Shown one piece after another: positions 25,119 through 38,031 of a stretch of 64,000 nt of DNA (positions are counted from its first letter, which is position 1; each line of letters begins with the position of its first letter). Source of the stretch: Chrysemys picta bellii (taxonomy: Eukaryota); the NCBI RefSeq assembly GCF_011386835.1, contig NC_088797.1:101246001-101310000 (forward strand), read 5' to 3'. Under the pieces are notes generated by a model that made no database searches, had not been told where the DNA came from, and saw only the letters and a list, made by a program, of their open reading frames with translations. Made by a program: the position numbers and the translations under genes.

Positions 25119-27267
25119 TACATTTAAAAAGCCCCAGAAAAAAAAAAAACAGCTTCCAACTGTCAAGTGTTTGGCTCAGGCATTTTAGTTGGGATATTTA
25201 AATGGATATAAAGTTCCTATGCAACTTTAAGTTAAGCTTTGATGTTTTCCCCAATTTTCTCAACAGCCATCACTTTTAATGGATTCCTGAAAAATAACCT
25301 CAAAAATGAATTTAAAGGAATTATAAAGAAACCAAGGTGGCTCTGTTCTCCTAGACCTACCCTCTTTAGAGCCAGCTCTCCACTTCTCTCTAACACAGCT
25401 GGGTCAGAGCCTCAGCTGGTCTAAAAATCTGTATAGCTCTATTGACCGCACTGACTTATATGAGCTGATGGTCTGGACCTTTATTTGGCAGGTCTCACTC
25501 CAATCCAGAATCCTGATCTAAATCAGTTTGATTTCCTTTCTCCCACTCCATTTTGTTTTGCCAGAGTTTGGATTTGGCTGAGAGTTTTGGGGGGGGGGTA
25601 GTTGGAAGTAGGGAGTGAAGCGGGGAACAACAAGTGAACAGAAATAACTTCACTCTGTAGGTATTCTCAGCTGTTTTATTCCTCAAACAAACAAAACAAA
25701 CCTACAGATGCCTTCAAAGCCCAGATTCTTTCAAACCCTTTTGCCTCCCTCTCTCCTCTCAGCTTGAACAAGAACTAAATTGTTCATGTAAAAATCACAG
25801 CCCTGATTAACCACATGGGGCCCTTCCTCTGGATTCCCACTCCATGTTATACTTCTCCAGAAACAACACGATGTAAAATGCACATGGAACTGTAGGTACA
25901 AAACCTGGCAAGGAAGAACAGAATAATGGAGAAGATAGCTCATCAGCCTAAGGAAAGCACAGATAAAACTTCATAGCCACATAGTCACAGAGAAGCCAAT
26001 ATCCCCTCAATATGGCAGGTAATTATTAAAGAAGGAGGCTATTTGCAGTGGTGCCATTTACCATTACCAGTTCAACCATGCAAGGAAACTGAAGGGCACA
26101 ATCCTGACCCATACCCTCACATAGCAATACAACCTTCCATAATAAAAATAACTGATGTCTGAGAAAGGAAGAAACAATACTCACCCACACAGCTTCATGG
26201 AGATCTGCAATCAGGGTCCTCCCTGTGGTCTAAGCACAGATGTGGCAGCCAGGAACTTCTTAGTTATGATCCCTGGTACCATCTCCATCCACAGACTTGG
26301 GTAAGTCATTTAACTGTTCTGTCTCCATTTTCACACCTGTCAAATGCAGACAGTGATAGCTACTGCACCTACTCTTCAAGGGTGTAGCAAGGCTTAATGA
26401 GCATAAAGCACTGCAGATGAAAAGCACTCTAAATGGTAAGTATTATTATTTAACTAGCTAAGGCAACTGGTTTTTAATAGGAAGATGTAGAGCACTTCCC
26501 TGAAATCACTCTTCACTTCTCCAAGACACTTTTTTTGAGAGGCAAAACCACAATTTCCCCTACCTAGTAGGGACTCAATCACATCCTGCAACAGAGAAGA
26601 GACAGTAAACACGCTAGTGGCAAAGCATCACCAAAAATGTCAGACAATGTATTTGGTGAGACACAGCACCCAGGAAAGCTGTAAGCTGGTTGCCCTCCCT
26701 CGGGTCTCATTATCACATGATGATTTGGGAAACAGAAGTGGAGGAAAGGTCTGTGAACAGACAGACAGATAAATTGCTAATGAAGATATGGCAAGCAGAG
26801 GAAATTAAAATAAAATAACCCTGCCCTGCAATAGCTATTATCAATTTTGGGGAATACAAAGTGTTCACTGACACCCTCTCTCTCCAGGCGGGAAGGGCAT
26901 AAAATAGATAGGAATATAAAGGAGAGGGGAAGAGTCAGAAAATTTGTGTAAATACAGCAGTGCTTGGGAGCCCATGTGTCCTGGGGGCCTTGCAGGAGCT
27001 ACTGTTAGTGTAGGAGTGAGGCAAAAAAACAACTCTTTTTGGCCCTGATTCAGCAAAGCACTTCGGTACATGCTTAAGTCTTATTAACTTCAGTGGGACT
27101 TACGCATGTGCTTAAAATTAAACAAAGGCCTTGCCCATCTCCCTGCTGGCTGATGTTGGAAGCAGTGCATACAGAAGGGCAGCCACCCTCCCAAGGCAAT
27201 AAATGGTTGGCAGGAGGATACTGCTATCAGTTAAAGTGAGCAGTGCCACCAGAGATGATAGTAAGGA

Positions 27268-28381
27268 TGTCACCATGCCTCCGTAGGTCACAACTGAGAA
27301 TAACAAATTCAGGACAAGCTGCTGAGAAAAAGGGCAGACAAACCCCAAAAACTGGTGGTTATTCTTCTATGAGATATACCAAACTAGCAACAAAATTAAA
27401 CTTCTGTCTCAACACACTGGCTAACGAAGTCAGAAATGCAGCCTTCTTAAGTATTCCAGTCCTGGATTCAGCACCCAGACACTAGACATAATGATGAGTG
27501 GTCATTTAAAACCAATTTCATCAAACAAAAGGTTCTTCTGATCCCAAAGGATCAGCCACATACACAGGTCAATATATAACTCAGATCTTACCCAATAATC
27601 ACGCTGTTGCCAATCCTTTAGTATCGAAAATCTAAAGGTTTATTTATTAAAAGAAGAAAAAAGGTGAGAGTTAAAATTGGTTAAGGAATCAAATATATAC
27701 AACAATTGCAAAGTTCTTGGATCAGGCTTGTAGCAGTGACAGAATAAAGTCAAGTCTCTGGTTACTTCCAAATCATTAGAAGTCCTCAGTCCTTTGGTTA
27801 GATGCTCCCATTAGTATAAATCCATAGTCCAGAGGTTTGAGCAGGAAAGAGGCAAAATAGAGCTGTTCCCAGGGCCTTTATAGGCTCTGCCAAGTGAAGG
27901 GAAACTCATTGTTCTCACTGTGGAAAGTTACAGGGAACAAGATGGTGTTTGGAGTCACATGGGCAAGTCACATGTCCATGCATGCTTTGCTTAGTCATGG
28001 TAGAAGCCATCACCCATATTCTAGTTAGAAGGTTCACAGGCAAGTCCGTCAGGTGTGGATGGGTGTCTTCCATGATCCATTGTGAGTTAAGTGTTCCTTG
28101 ATGAGCCATTAACCTTGAATAGTCCCTCAAGATGTGCAGGCTAAATACCTTGTGGGTATTCCCACATGAGCAAACATTTGAAATACAGGTACATAATTAG
28201 TATTCATAACTTCAGATACAAAAATGATACATGTATGCAAATAGCATAATTATATTCAGCAACTCATAGCGTTTATATTGACACCTTACTTGACATACTT
28301 TGTATGAGATTTGTTGCAATTATGCAATAGTGGGGAGCAACAATGATCTACATGTTCATATTTTAATCAGATTATGTCACA
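27268..28381. mobile_element. Solo LTR, 1,114 bp
   Basis: TGTCAC ... TGTCACA termini. Perfect 5-bp TSD AAGGA on both sides. Confidence 0.85.
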
Positions 28382-29141
28382 AAGGAGAGGAGAAGAGAGG
28401 GTCATCAAGGATTTAGGGGCTGGAGGAGGTGGAGAGGGTAGAGAGACATTGAGGACAAGCATGGAGGATAAGGTGAGGATGGTGTGGGTTGAGAAGGACA
28501 TTCTGAGCATGTGACAAAAGGGGCAAGAGGACACAGAGAAGGGGAGGCTCGAATGAATTTGTTCTTTGAGGCACATCTGAACACAATTACACTCCTTGTA
28601 AGAAAGCTGAGCATGGAGCAATACTGCATGAGAGAGAGAGAAAGTTGTAATGGCACCATCTCGCTTACTCACATTAGTTTCTTTTCTTGTTAGAGGAGCC
28701 CTTTAAACTGATGGTTGGGGGGGGGGGGAGCTCATTAATACAACATAACTGACATATATGGTCCAGAAATGGCTTGGAAATGAAGAGGGATTACATCGAA
28801 AAGGGCATTCAGTGCAACTGCTAATGCATTACCATTGCTGAAGTCCTGAACCAAGTCATACTATAGCTACCCAGATATACTTGTATCATCGGCCTATCAT
28901 CAGATAACTCTTTCAGCTTTGTCAGAAAGGGACAATGGGGAAGCCTTTAATCTCTAAATGCACATGGCCCTTGTTTTCAAAAGTAATGCAGATCTCCAGC
29001 ATAATTTTGCAGATCACTCTACACCATATTTTTCCCCATTTAATCATTTGTAGAATGTTATTCAGCTTTCTTTGGGTACGTTAGAGGATGGAGATGTCCC
29101 ATTGTATTTAACGTAATGGTTGGAGGAAACATAATAATTAC

Positions 29142-29631
29142 TAGAACTGGTAGGAAAGTGGGCTTTTCCCTCTAAATTTAAAAAAAAGAAAGTTTAAGTT
29201 TTCTACAGAAAAGTTTGATTATTTGGCAAAAATTTGAATGCTGAAATATTTTAGCCAAAACCCAAAATATTCTGATTCAAAAGTGTTACCCTGTGCCTCA
29301 TGGAAGCTGTAGTTTGGGTGCCTTGTGCTTCCATTCTCTTGCATAGGCTGGGATCCCTGGTTGGACTACATCTCCCAAATGGCACTTGGTCTCACCTCTT
29401 GGAGAGGGGAGTTAGTTCATTATTAAATTAGGCCAGAGGAGGAACCTGGCCCATAGAAGAAAATGGGTCTATGAGACAACTGAACTACAACTCCCATGAG
29501 GCACTCCTGAAGCATATCCAATAAAAATATTTTTATATTGGGGCACTTTTTTTTTTTTTTAAAAAGTGCATTTCTTTGAAAATCCAGAAAATTTAAAAAT
29601 TTAAAAACAGAAAATTTTTCAGCCAGCCCTA
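29142..29631. mobile_element. hAT MITE
   Basis: TAGAACTGG / CCAGCCCTA TIRs. 8-bp TSD ATAATTAC / ATAATGAC (7/8). Confidence 0.8.
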
Positions 29632-29733
29632 ATAATGACTTATATAGGCCTCAACCCTGCGAAGACCCATGCACATGCTTAACTTTATGCATGTGAAAAG
29701 ACCCAATTCAATGGGATTACTCATAGTCATAGT

Positions 29734-30351
29734 TAAGGCTACATTTTAGTCACAGGTATTTTTAGTGAAAGTCATGGACAGGTCACAGGCAGTAAACAAA
29801 AAAATCACAGACCCGTGACCTGTCCATGACTTCTACTATATACCCCTGACTAAAACTGGGGCTGGGGGGCCACAGGTGCTGAGTGGGTGGCCCGGAATCC
29901 TTGCTGGTGCTGGGAGGGGGGGTTGGCAGGCTCTCTACCTGGCTCTGACCGTCATGTCCCTGCAGTTCCTACAGGGAGGGAAGGCCAGGGGAGCTCTCTG
30001 CGCTGCTCCTGCCAAAAGCACGAGCTCTAAAGCTCCCATTGGACAGGAACCACAGCCAATGGGAGCTGCGGGGGCACTGCCTGCAAGCAGGGACAGCGCA
30101 CAGAGTCGCCTGGCCCCTCCGCCTAGGAGCCACAGGGACATGCCAGACGCTTCTGGGGAGGCCTCCCCAGGTAAGCGCTGCTCTTTACCTCAACCCCCTG
30201 ACCCAGCCCAGAGCCCCCTCCCACACACCCAAATTGCTGCTGCTGCTGGCCCAGGGGCTGCCCAAGTTTTCAGGCAGCCCCTGAGCCAGCCACACTGGCT
30301 GCTGCAAAAGTCATGGAAAGGGACAGAATCCGTGACAGACATGTAGCCTTA
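29734..30351. mobile_element. GC-rich non-autonomous DNA transposon (probable hAT)
   Basis: TIRs TAAGGCTACAT / ATGTAGCCTTA. Repeated GTCATGGA / GTGAC subterminal motifs. TSD only 5/8. Confidence 0.7.
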
Positions 30352-30664
30352 CTCTCAGTGCATAAAATTAAACATGTGCACAAGTCCTGGAGGACCTCAG
30401 AACACTTTAGAAAGAGGTTAGGCATCATTGTTCTCATTTTACAGATGAAGAAAATAGGCCCCAGGGTGCTCAAGTGATATGTTCAAGTTAGTGGGGAAAA
30501 AACAGGAAGAGACCCAGCTCTTCTGACATTCAGCCCAGTGCCTTATTCACAGGACCACACTATCTCTACAGTGGGTATTAAATGCATTTGTAATGTCACA
30601 CAAAGCTGGTTTCATTCAATAAAAAGGGGTAGCTGTTTTTGGAAAAAGGGTTATTTCTAACAGA

Positions 30665-30788
30665 TAGGGTGACCAGATGTCCTGAATTTATAGGGACAGT
30701 CCAGATATTTGGGGCTTTCTCTTATATAGGCTCTTATTAGCCCCCACCCCCCGTCCCGATTTTTCACACTTGCTGTCTGGTCACCCTA
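30665..30788. mobile_element. 124-bp hAT MITE (same family as 11660-11782, opposite orientation)
   Basis: TAGGGTGACCAGA / TCTGGTCACCCTA TIRs. TSD CTAACAGA / CTAACAAA (7/8). Confidence 0.9.
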
Positions 30789-31451
30789 CTAACAAATAAA
30801 TGGCCTTCCTTGTCCTAGTTTCTCTTTTCTAATTATATGAAACTGTTCTAGTGATAATTACAACATCTTCTTTATAAAAAGAAAGGAAAATAAATTCACA
30901 TCATCCATAATGAACACTGCTATTGTCTACACAGATCTTCTATAAATGCAATCATTATCATCAGAACAATACATTAACACTGAAAAGTAAGCGAGTGTCT
31001 CCAAAACCCTTGTGCAGGTCCCTTGTGCATTGCTCATTTTCTTTCAGCTTTTCTGTGCCACTCTGATCATTTGAAAACTTCCTCCTATCCTCTGCTTCTC
31101 AGTTCTGAGATTTGCCCTATTTTTACTGATGATGGGAAAACCTCTAAAGGTTTATCTTGCTACAGATAAGCACCCCCAGGGTCGGAGGGAAGACCGAGAT
31201 GGAAATCTCTTAAGACCCAGCTGTCTCATTAGATTTCTGGAATCTTTGACTTCCAGTCAAGATGGAAGTATAACAAGAACCAACTTGTGATAAGCTGGAA
31301 ACAGGAAGTGTGTAAAATGGTCCGCCCAACATCGCCAAACCACAGTGGCAGATTCATTCAAGTTCAGTTCAGATTTAAGATTAAGGTTTTGCTACCAGAA
31401 GAACTTATCTAAACTATTCTCCACCCTTCAACTTTCACCAAGCATGCTCCT

Positions 31452-31716
31452 GGGCCTTGTCTTTACTAGGGATGTGTTTAAAAAGTTATCCACTATTGTT
31501 AACAAACCAGTTCTTCAGCTGAACCAGCCCTATAACATTGGAGCATAGTATAGCTGGCCCTTATCAACACCATGTCAGTTAGTTTGTTGAAAGCAGGTTT
31601 AATCAACACAATACTGTCTATAATAGAGTTCCAACTTTGCTAACACTGGTTCAGCTAAACTGGTGTTAACAATGGTGGGAAAGATTTCAAAAACTCCCCT
31701 TGTGTAGACAAGACCT
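31452..31716. mobile_element. PIF/Harbinger-like MITE; similar element at about 34348-34636
   Basis: GGCCTTGTCTTTAC ... GTGTAGACAAGACC inverted ends. Confidence 0.6.
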
Positions 31717-33904
31717 TAAGCTTGATCCTGAGAGTTGTTGAGAACCCACATCTCCCACTGAAGTTGAGGGAAAGTACACATGTTCAGCAGGATTGCATTC
31801 TTAGATGTATCAAGGAGGGCTGCAAGCCAATAATATCTGATCTTGACTTCCTTGTGCACCTAGACTCCCACTGTAAATAATGGGAGCTGAGAGTGTATGG
31901 AACGCAAGATCAGGCCCAGCCTGCAAAGTATAAAAAGTACCTGCCCTTGTAAAAGCAATCCGGAGACTCTGGCAGGGAGAGGGAACCCTGCTGCTGTGCA
32001 TTTTTCTTCATTTTCATCAGGATTTGACACCGAGGATAAAATTATTTTTGGATTGGCCACCTCACTGTTCTGGGCACGGAGTGCACAGAAATGTGGTCCC
32101 TGACTCATGCATAATATTACTATACATCATACCCTTATTTTAGATTGTGTTGACCCAGGCATATACACTGATGCCTTATACTGACAGATTGTTGAGGCTG
32201 AACTAAAAGTAGCTGTAGAATACTGCCTGAAAATATTTTTTTCATTAAACTAATACCACCAAGATATGTGCCAAGAAAATGTATCTGCAGAGCCTCGTGT
32301 CTCTGCTCCACAATCAATACGGCACAATGAGCATAGTCAGCATTTGCTCTGGTTATGGACAGTTTTTCCATCCAGGAAAGGAATATAGAGTCTATAATAG
32401 ATAATATTGTGTATTCTAAAGTATCAAACACCTTATTGGTGCTTACTAAATAATAATACTGTGCTAGGTGATATTAACAAGATAATTTCAGCTGCAAGTG
32501 GAAGGGTCAACTCAAAGTAAAGTGAATCTGTGAAAATGGTGGCACGAGGTCCCATGTTTGTCTCCCAAAGAGCTCCTGCTCACTCAGCTTACAAGTAAAT
32601 CTTCTTCCAATTGCCAGTCCTGCAAACTCAGCCTGTGAACTGAAAGTCAAACTGGGTTGTTTTCTTCTCACACATTGTGCAGGCCACATTTGGCCTCTGT
32701 TAAACCTGGCTTAGGGTGAGTAGACTTTCTGGTACCACAATAAGTTTGAGTGAAACCAGGTGTTTTCATGAATATGCTTGGATGTGTGGTCATCTCCTCC
32801 CTCTCAGCCAAGGGGCAAGCAGGGAGCAGTGCAGCCCAGGAGTGGAGGGGAAAGAGATTTTAACAAATTAGATTTGTGCCCTCTGATGATATATAAAGAC
32901 GTTAAAAGAATTATTACTAAAAAGCTTTTTTCCGCTTGAATTTTATTACAGAAACATCATGAATTTTCTCTGGTCACCCCTGGTTAACCTAAAGAGCCTG
33001 CAGGAAGTCGCAGCTATAGACTGGCAGCTATTTTACCCCTTAGCTGCAGGGGTAGGACTATTGCATCTTTAACAAAGGCTTCCTTTCTCCCAAGTGTTTT
33101 AAAGTATTGGAGCTTAATAGGTGTTAACAAAAACCAAAATGTTTTAAACAGTCCAACTAAAAAATCTCATCTGTTCTCAATTGCTCAGATTTCATCTTGT
33201 CATGTTATAATTTCTACACAGAATTACTGGGCAGACAAAACCCTATCACCTAATGGGAAAAAAAGCAGAATTTTTTTTTTATAAAGAGAAATCAGCCTTT
33301 GAGCTCTCTTCGTGCATCATGAAGCAGCAAAACTGAGCATACACCCATTTAATTCCTCTGCAGGTCACCTATAGCAGTCAGTTTAGTTCTAAAAGCCCAA
33401 AGAGTACTCTTCTCCCTCCCAGTTAGAGGATGGGTTTCTATATTCCTAGTTGTCAACATATCCCATCCTCCTTTTCAGTGCAACAAAAAATCAAGCCATA
33501 GACACATGTAACTTTATGTGAGGGCCCCTTGGTAAAACTAAAAAGAAAAATAAATAAGAGCAGATCTTGGTTGCCAAATCAAAAGTCCACTTTATTTTAA
33601 AAATAATAAACCTGGAAAAACCGGAAACCTCGCCTAGAAGGAAGTGTTATTTGGTTAATGGAGGGTAGATGGCGGCAGGGAGTCAGGAAGCCTACGAGGC
33701 ACACATCCAAGATCACCAATCAAACTAATATAGAAATCATGGGCTTCATTTTGGCTATTTAGGGGGAGGCTAAAACTGTGGAAACTGTGGCTTTGCTGAA
33801 GAAGAAAAAAATACTGTTTGCTGAAAAGGGAAGTAAGTCTACTCACTGGAGTTCCTCAGCAAATCTTTGGGTTGTCAGTTCACTGAGATTTCCTGAGTTT
33901 ATTC

Positions 33905-34080
33905 TTAAGAACGCCCATACTGGGTCAGACCAATGTTCCATCTAGCCCAGTATCCTGTCTTCCGACAGTAGCCAATGATAATGCTTCAGAGGGAATGAAC
34001 AGAACAGGTAATCGTCAAGTGATCCATCCAGTCACCCATTCCCACCTTCTGGCAAACGGAGACTAGGGACACCATCCCTT
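33905..34080 (-). mobile_element. CR1 LINE 3' fragment
   Basis: Homologous to 11856-12040 (CATACTGGGTCAGACCAA...CTAGGGACACCAT). Confidence 0.85.
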
Positions 34081-36111
34081 AGACTTGTGAAATGTGCTCA
34101 TCACCTGCTATGTGTGCAGGTATGGTGAATAAGGTAGACATAGTTAGACTACACATAAATTAGCCTTACTTTCTGGCAGACAGCTCCTTAGAAATCCTCC
34201 ATCATCTTCATCTCAGGCAGAGACCAGTCCTTATAATAGATTCTGAAGGTCAACAAATTCAGGTTCCGTTGAACCAATGGGGAAGTGAGTGCCAGCATGG
34301 AAGGCCCTGCATTGGGAACATACAGGCTCAGATGTATTAGACTCCACAGCCACGTCTAAACTAGCAAAACAGGTCAAGTTAGCTAACACATTTTAAAGCA
34401 GGACTTTGCACCCCATATAGATGCATCATCGATGGAGTTTACACAGGGCAAAAGTGGTTTTTGAAACAATGTGTTAGCTGATTGGTGGTGGAGAGCCTAG
34501 AGTTAACCATGACCAGTTAACATTTTTTTAAGCACAGGTGTCTAGGTGCAAAGTCCTATTTAGCATTTTGTTTGTTAAATTGTGTTAGCTAACTTGTTTT
34601 AATATACAACCTATTTGCTGAGTCCGGACATGGCCTAAATCGGGGAGTGCCCTAGGCAGTCTCAGATTCTGGTAATCACATTCACAGTGTTCATTATTAT
34701 TGCTTGGTTTGCAGAAACTGGGGCGTATTTCAATTCATATTTGGCTCGTTGGCAAGCATCAGGCTCCCACATTTACACAAGGATCGCCTATTCATCAAGT
34801 GTCAACCCAGGATGACTCACTGTGATAAAAGATTTATGACACAATAGCTACTACTGATATCTGGCCATAAACATTTAGGCTGGGATTTTCAAAGGAGCCT
34901 GAGGCCCCAATCCTATGAACAGTTATGCCTCTTCTTAACTTTACTATCATGAATGATCCCATTGATTTCAGTGGGGACTACTCACAGTAGCAAAGTTAAA
35001 CACTTGCATAACTGTTTGCTGGATCAGGGCATGAGAGAGTCAGGTGCCCAATTCCCAGGGAATTTCAATGAGATATGAGCACCAATTTCTTTAGGCGCCT
35101 TTGAAAATCCCAGATTTAATATATTACAGATATAAATAAAATAACTGTCCATTACAAGAAAGCTGTGGAAAGGTTTGGGTGGCTCAAGCAGCAGCCACTG
35201 ACACAGCATAGCACAGATTAATAGTATCAAAGTAGTTCTTAGGCATTGGCACAATAGTTTGCTGTTAATTGCAACAAAGTGCATTAACCACCAGAGAAAA
35301 GCCCATTGAAATCAAATTGATGTATTGGTTCAGAGATGAATTAGCACTCAGATTTAGAATTAAAAAATAGTCCCATATATTAATGTGGAAGATATTTCTC
35401 TTTTTTCTCCTCACCTCAAATAGCTATATAATAAGCTCTTATGAGCTTAATAAGAAACCCCTGGTTGATTGTTCTGAATCTCCTGTATATAATCTTAAGG
35501 AAAATGGGTTGCTTTAATCCTAGATATATCAACTCAACCAGTAAACTTGGATTTGCCAGAGCTCCAGGAGAAGACTGTCTTTTTCCTTAGCAACCATTTT
35601 AATCCAGGTCCCCTGCTTGTCTTAATTTTGGCTGTAGTGTGGAAATGTACTGCTTTCAAATATTTTTCAGTCCCTTCCTGCTCTTAGAAGAGTTTAATAT
35701 CCTCTCAATACATGGGTTTAACTCCAGTTATCAGAAAACCAGAGTGTGCAATTGAAGGGCAAATGCACCTCTTAAGAGAAGGGAGCATCTACAGCAGGGG
35801 TGTCAAACTCAATTGCACAGGGGGCCAAAACTCAAAACTCGCGGGCCGAACAGTATAACCATTTATTTAACAGACTAAATATTTATGTTTTTTAACCATT
35901 AATATGAACCAAAATACAGGATATCATTCCAAAATAAATACATTTCAACTTAAAATATTTTGCTCTTCATAAAAAAATATCCTGTCAATACAATACATTC
36001 AAAATCTGTACATGCTGGAATATTAAAAAATCTGAAAATATAAATAAAAAATTGAATTTAAAGCAAAAGTATAATCATAACAAATCATAACATTCCATTT
36101 TCTTGTCCTAT

Positions 36112-37920
36112 TTAGTCAGAGCCTGATACTTGGAGTCTTTTCTTTGCAACAAGTTCGTTTATGTTTGGGGTTAGGTTCTGTGTTGTGAAGATTCTCAGGA
36201 TCGATTGCAGGTGTTCATCAGTGAGGCGACTCCTGTGTGACGTTTTGTTAATTTTCATCACAGAGAACAGCTGCTCGCACAGATATGTGCTGCCAAACAT
36301 GGACAGGATTCGAGCCGCATGTTGGCGGAGCTGCGGCATCGCTTCAGGAATGAAGCGAGTGAACTGTGCTGGCCCCGCAGTGTCGTACTTTGCCTTCAGT
36401 GTCCCGTTACATTGCAGTTCTATCAGCTCCATCTGCATTTCTACAGGTGCGGTTTCCACATCGACTGCAAATGGGTTGCGAAGCAGCTCGAAGTTACTTT
36501 TCTGTGCCTCAAAGTCACTGAAGCGCCGTGCGAACTCAGTGCGCAGCGCGCTGAGTTTTTCAGCAAAGGTGGCATTTGGGAAAACTGTGGCACTTTCTTG
36601 GTTCCGTATTACTTGGCAACAGGGAAAGTGAGACAAGTTGCATTGGTGCATTTGTGTCTCCCATAAGCGCAGCTTCACTTGAAATGCCTTCACTGCATCA
36701 TGCATATCGGTTATTATGTGCTCCCGTCCCTGGAGTTGAAGGTTTAAAGCGCTAAGATGCGACGTTATGTCAGCCAGGAACGCCAACTCACATTTCCACT
36801 TTTCATCCCGCAGAACTGTGCAGTCTTTCCCCTTACTGTCCATGAACTGGCAGATTTCCTCTCGCAGCTCAAAGTGTCTTTTGAGAACTTTTCCCCGACT
36901 TAGCCACCGGACCTCCGTATGATATGGCATATCGCCAAACTCGCTATCTATTTCCCGCAGAAAAGACTGGAATTGGCGGTGATTTAAACCGTGGGCTCTG
37001 ATAAAGTTGACGGTTTGTGTTACAGTGTTCATCACATGATCCATTTTTAGGACTTTAGCACTCAGCGATTCCTGGTGTATGATGCAGTGATACACTGTCA
37101 ACTCACCGGCACAGTTCTCCTCCCGCATCTTTGAGCGCATCCTTCCCACCAGTCCATTTTTTTCACCACACATAGCAGGTGCGCCATCTGTTGTAAGTCC
37201 AACGAGTTTTTCCCACGGCAGTTTCATGTCGGTTACACTTTGAAATACATTTCCAAAGATGTCTTCTCCTTTCGTTGTCCCGTGCATCGATTTAATGTCC
37301 AGTATTTCCTCTGTTACGCACAAATTGGAATCCACACCACGGATAAATATCGCCAGCTGTGCAGTGTCAGTCGCGTCAGTAGTTTCATCCACGGCAAGGG
37401 AGTATGCAACAAAATCTTTTGCTCTTTCAATCAACTGTGTTTTCCAATCAGTCGCCATCTCACAAACCCGATTAGCAACAGTGTTTCTGCTGAGGCTTAC
37501 ATTTGCAAACGCTCGCGTTTTATCTGGACAAAGGACGTCGCACACTTTCATCATACAATTCTTTACGAATTCCCCCTCGGTAAACGGCCGTCCTGATTTG
37601 GCGATCTCTTCGGCCACAATGAAACTTGCTTTCACAGCAGCTTCACTTTGTGATTTTGCTTTGGTGAAAAACGTCTGCTGGGATGTCAAATTCTTCTTCA
37701 ACTCCTCTACCTTTTGTAGCTTCTGTCCTGCGCTCAGGTTTTTGAATTTGTTCTCATGTTTCGTCTCGTAGTGCCGTCTTAGGTTATACTCCTTCATTAC
37801 AGCGATATTACTCCCGCAAAGGAGACACACTGGTTTACCTGCAATTTCAGTAAACATATACTCATTCTCCCACCGGCTTTGAAAGCCTCGGTTTTCAGAA
37901 TCAATTTTTCTCTTGGCCAT
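36112..37920 (-). CDS. hAT transposase, 602 aa, uninterrupted (automated pipelines tend to label such proteins GTF2IRD2-like)
   Basis: BED-like finger CLLC...YNLRRHYETKH. Catalytic VD178ETTD, TTD245GAPAM and YLCE549QLFS, plus CIIH (CxxH) and VRWLS motifs. C-terminal hAT dimerisation region RSRLTDEHL. Confidence 0.97.
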   Translation of the reverse strand: MAKRKIDSENRGFQSRWENEYMFTEIAGKPVCLLCGSNIAVMKEYNLRRHYETKHENKFKNLSAGQKLQKVEELKKNLTSQQTFFTKAKSQSEAAVKASFIVAEEIAKSGRPFTEGEFVKNCMMKVCDVLCPDKTRAFANVSLSRNTVANRVCEMATDWKTQLIERAKDFVAYSLAVDETTDATDTAQLAIFIRGVDSNLCVTEEILDIKSMHGTTKGEDIFGNVFQSVTDMKLPWEKLVGLTTDGAPAMCGEKNGLVGRMRSKMREENCAGELTVYHCIIHQESLSAKVLKMDHVMNTVTQTVNFIRAHGLNHRQFQSFLREIDSEFGDMPYHTEVRWLSRGKVLKRHFELREEICQFMDSKGKDCTVLRDEKWKCELAFLADITSHLSALNLQLQGREHIITDMHDAVKAFQVKLRLWETQMHQCNLSHFPCCQVIRNQESATVFPNATFAEKLSALRTEFARRFSDFEAQKSNFELLRNPFAVDVETAPVEMQMELIELQCNGTLKAKYDTAGPAQFTRFIPEAMPQLRQHAARILSMFGSTYLCEQLFSVMKINKTSHRSRLTDEHLQSILRIFTTQNLTPNINELVAKKRLQVSGSD

Positions 37921-38011
37921 TGTTGGGGTCTAGCTTTGATTTGATATTAGCGTTGTATACATCAACAGACCGCGAACTTGAACCGCGGCTTGCCGTTGGC
38001 GGCAATTGCAC

Positions 38012-38031
38012 TGCATCATGGGATTTGTAGT
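38012..38031 (-). promoter_or_regulatory. ZNF143/THAP11-like motif upstream of the transposase (also 56511-56530 in copy 2)
   Basis: Minus strand ACTACAAATCCCATGATGCA, ending ~90 bp upstream of the ATG, matches the recalled ACTACAnnTCCCAnnATGC consensus. Confidence 0.55.

Noticed and set aside
26176-26230. Possible 45-nt minus-strand exon (ttag|ACCACAGGG...GTGTGG|gtgagt), and an acceptor-like site near 32020
   Set aside because: Weak polypyrimidine tract, unrecognised peptides and no partner exons. These cannot be supported without RNA-seq or homology.
36161-37771. Antisense ORFs of 115-170 aa inside the transposon (also 54660-56270)
   Set aside because: They are shadow ORFs opposite a long coding frame, with no recognisable motifs.
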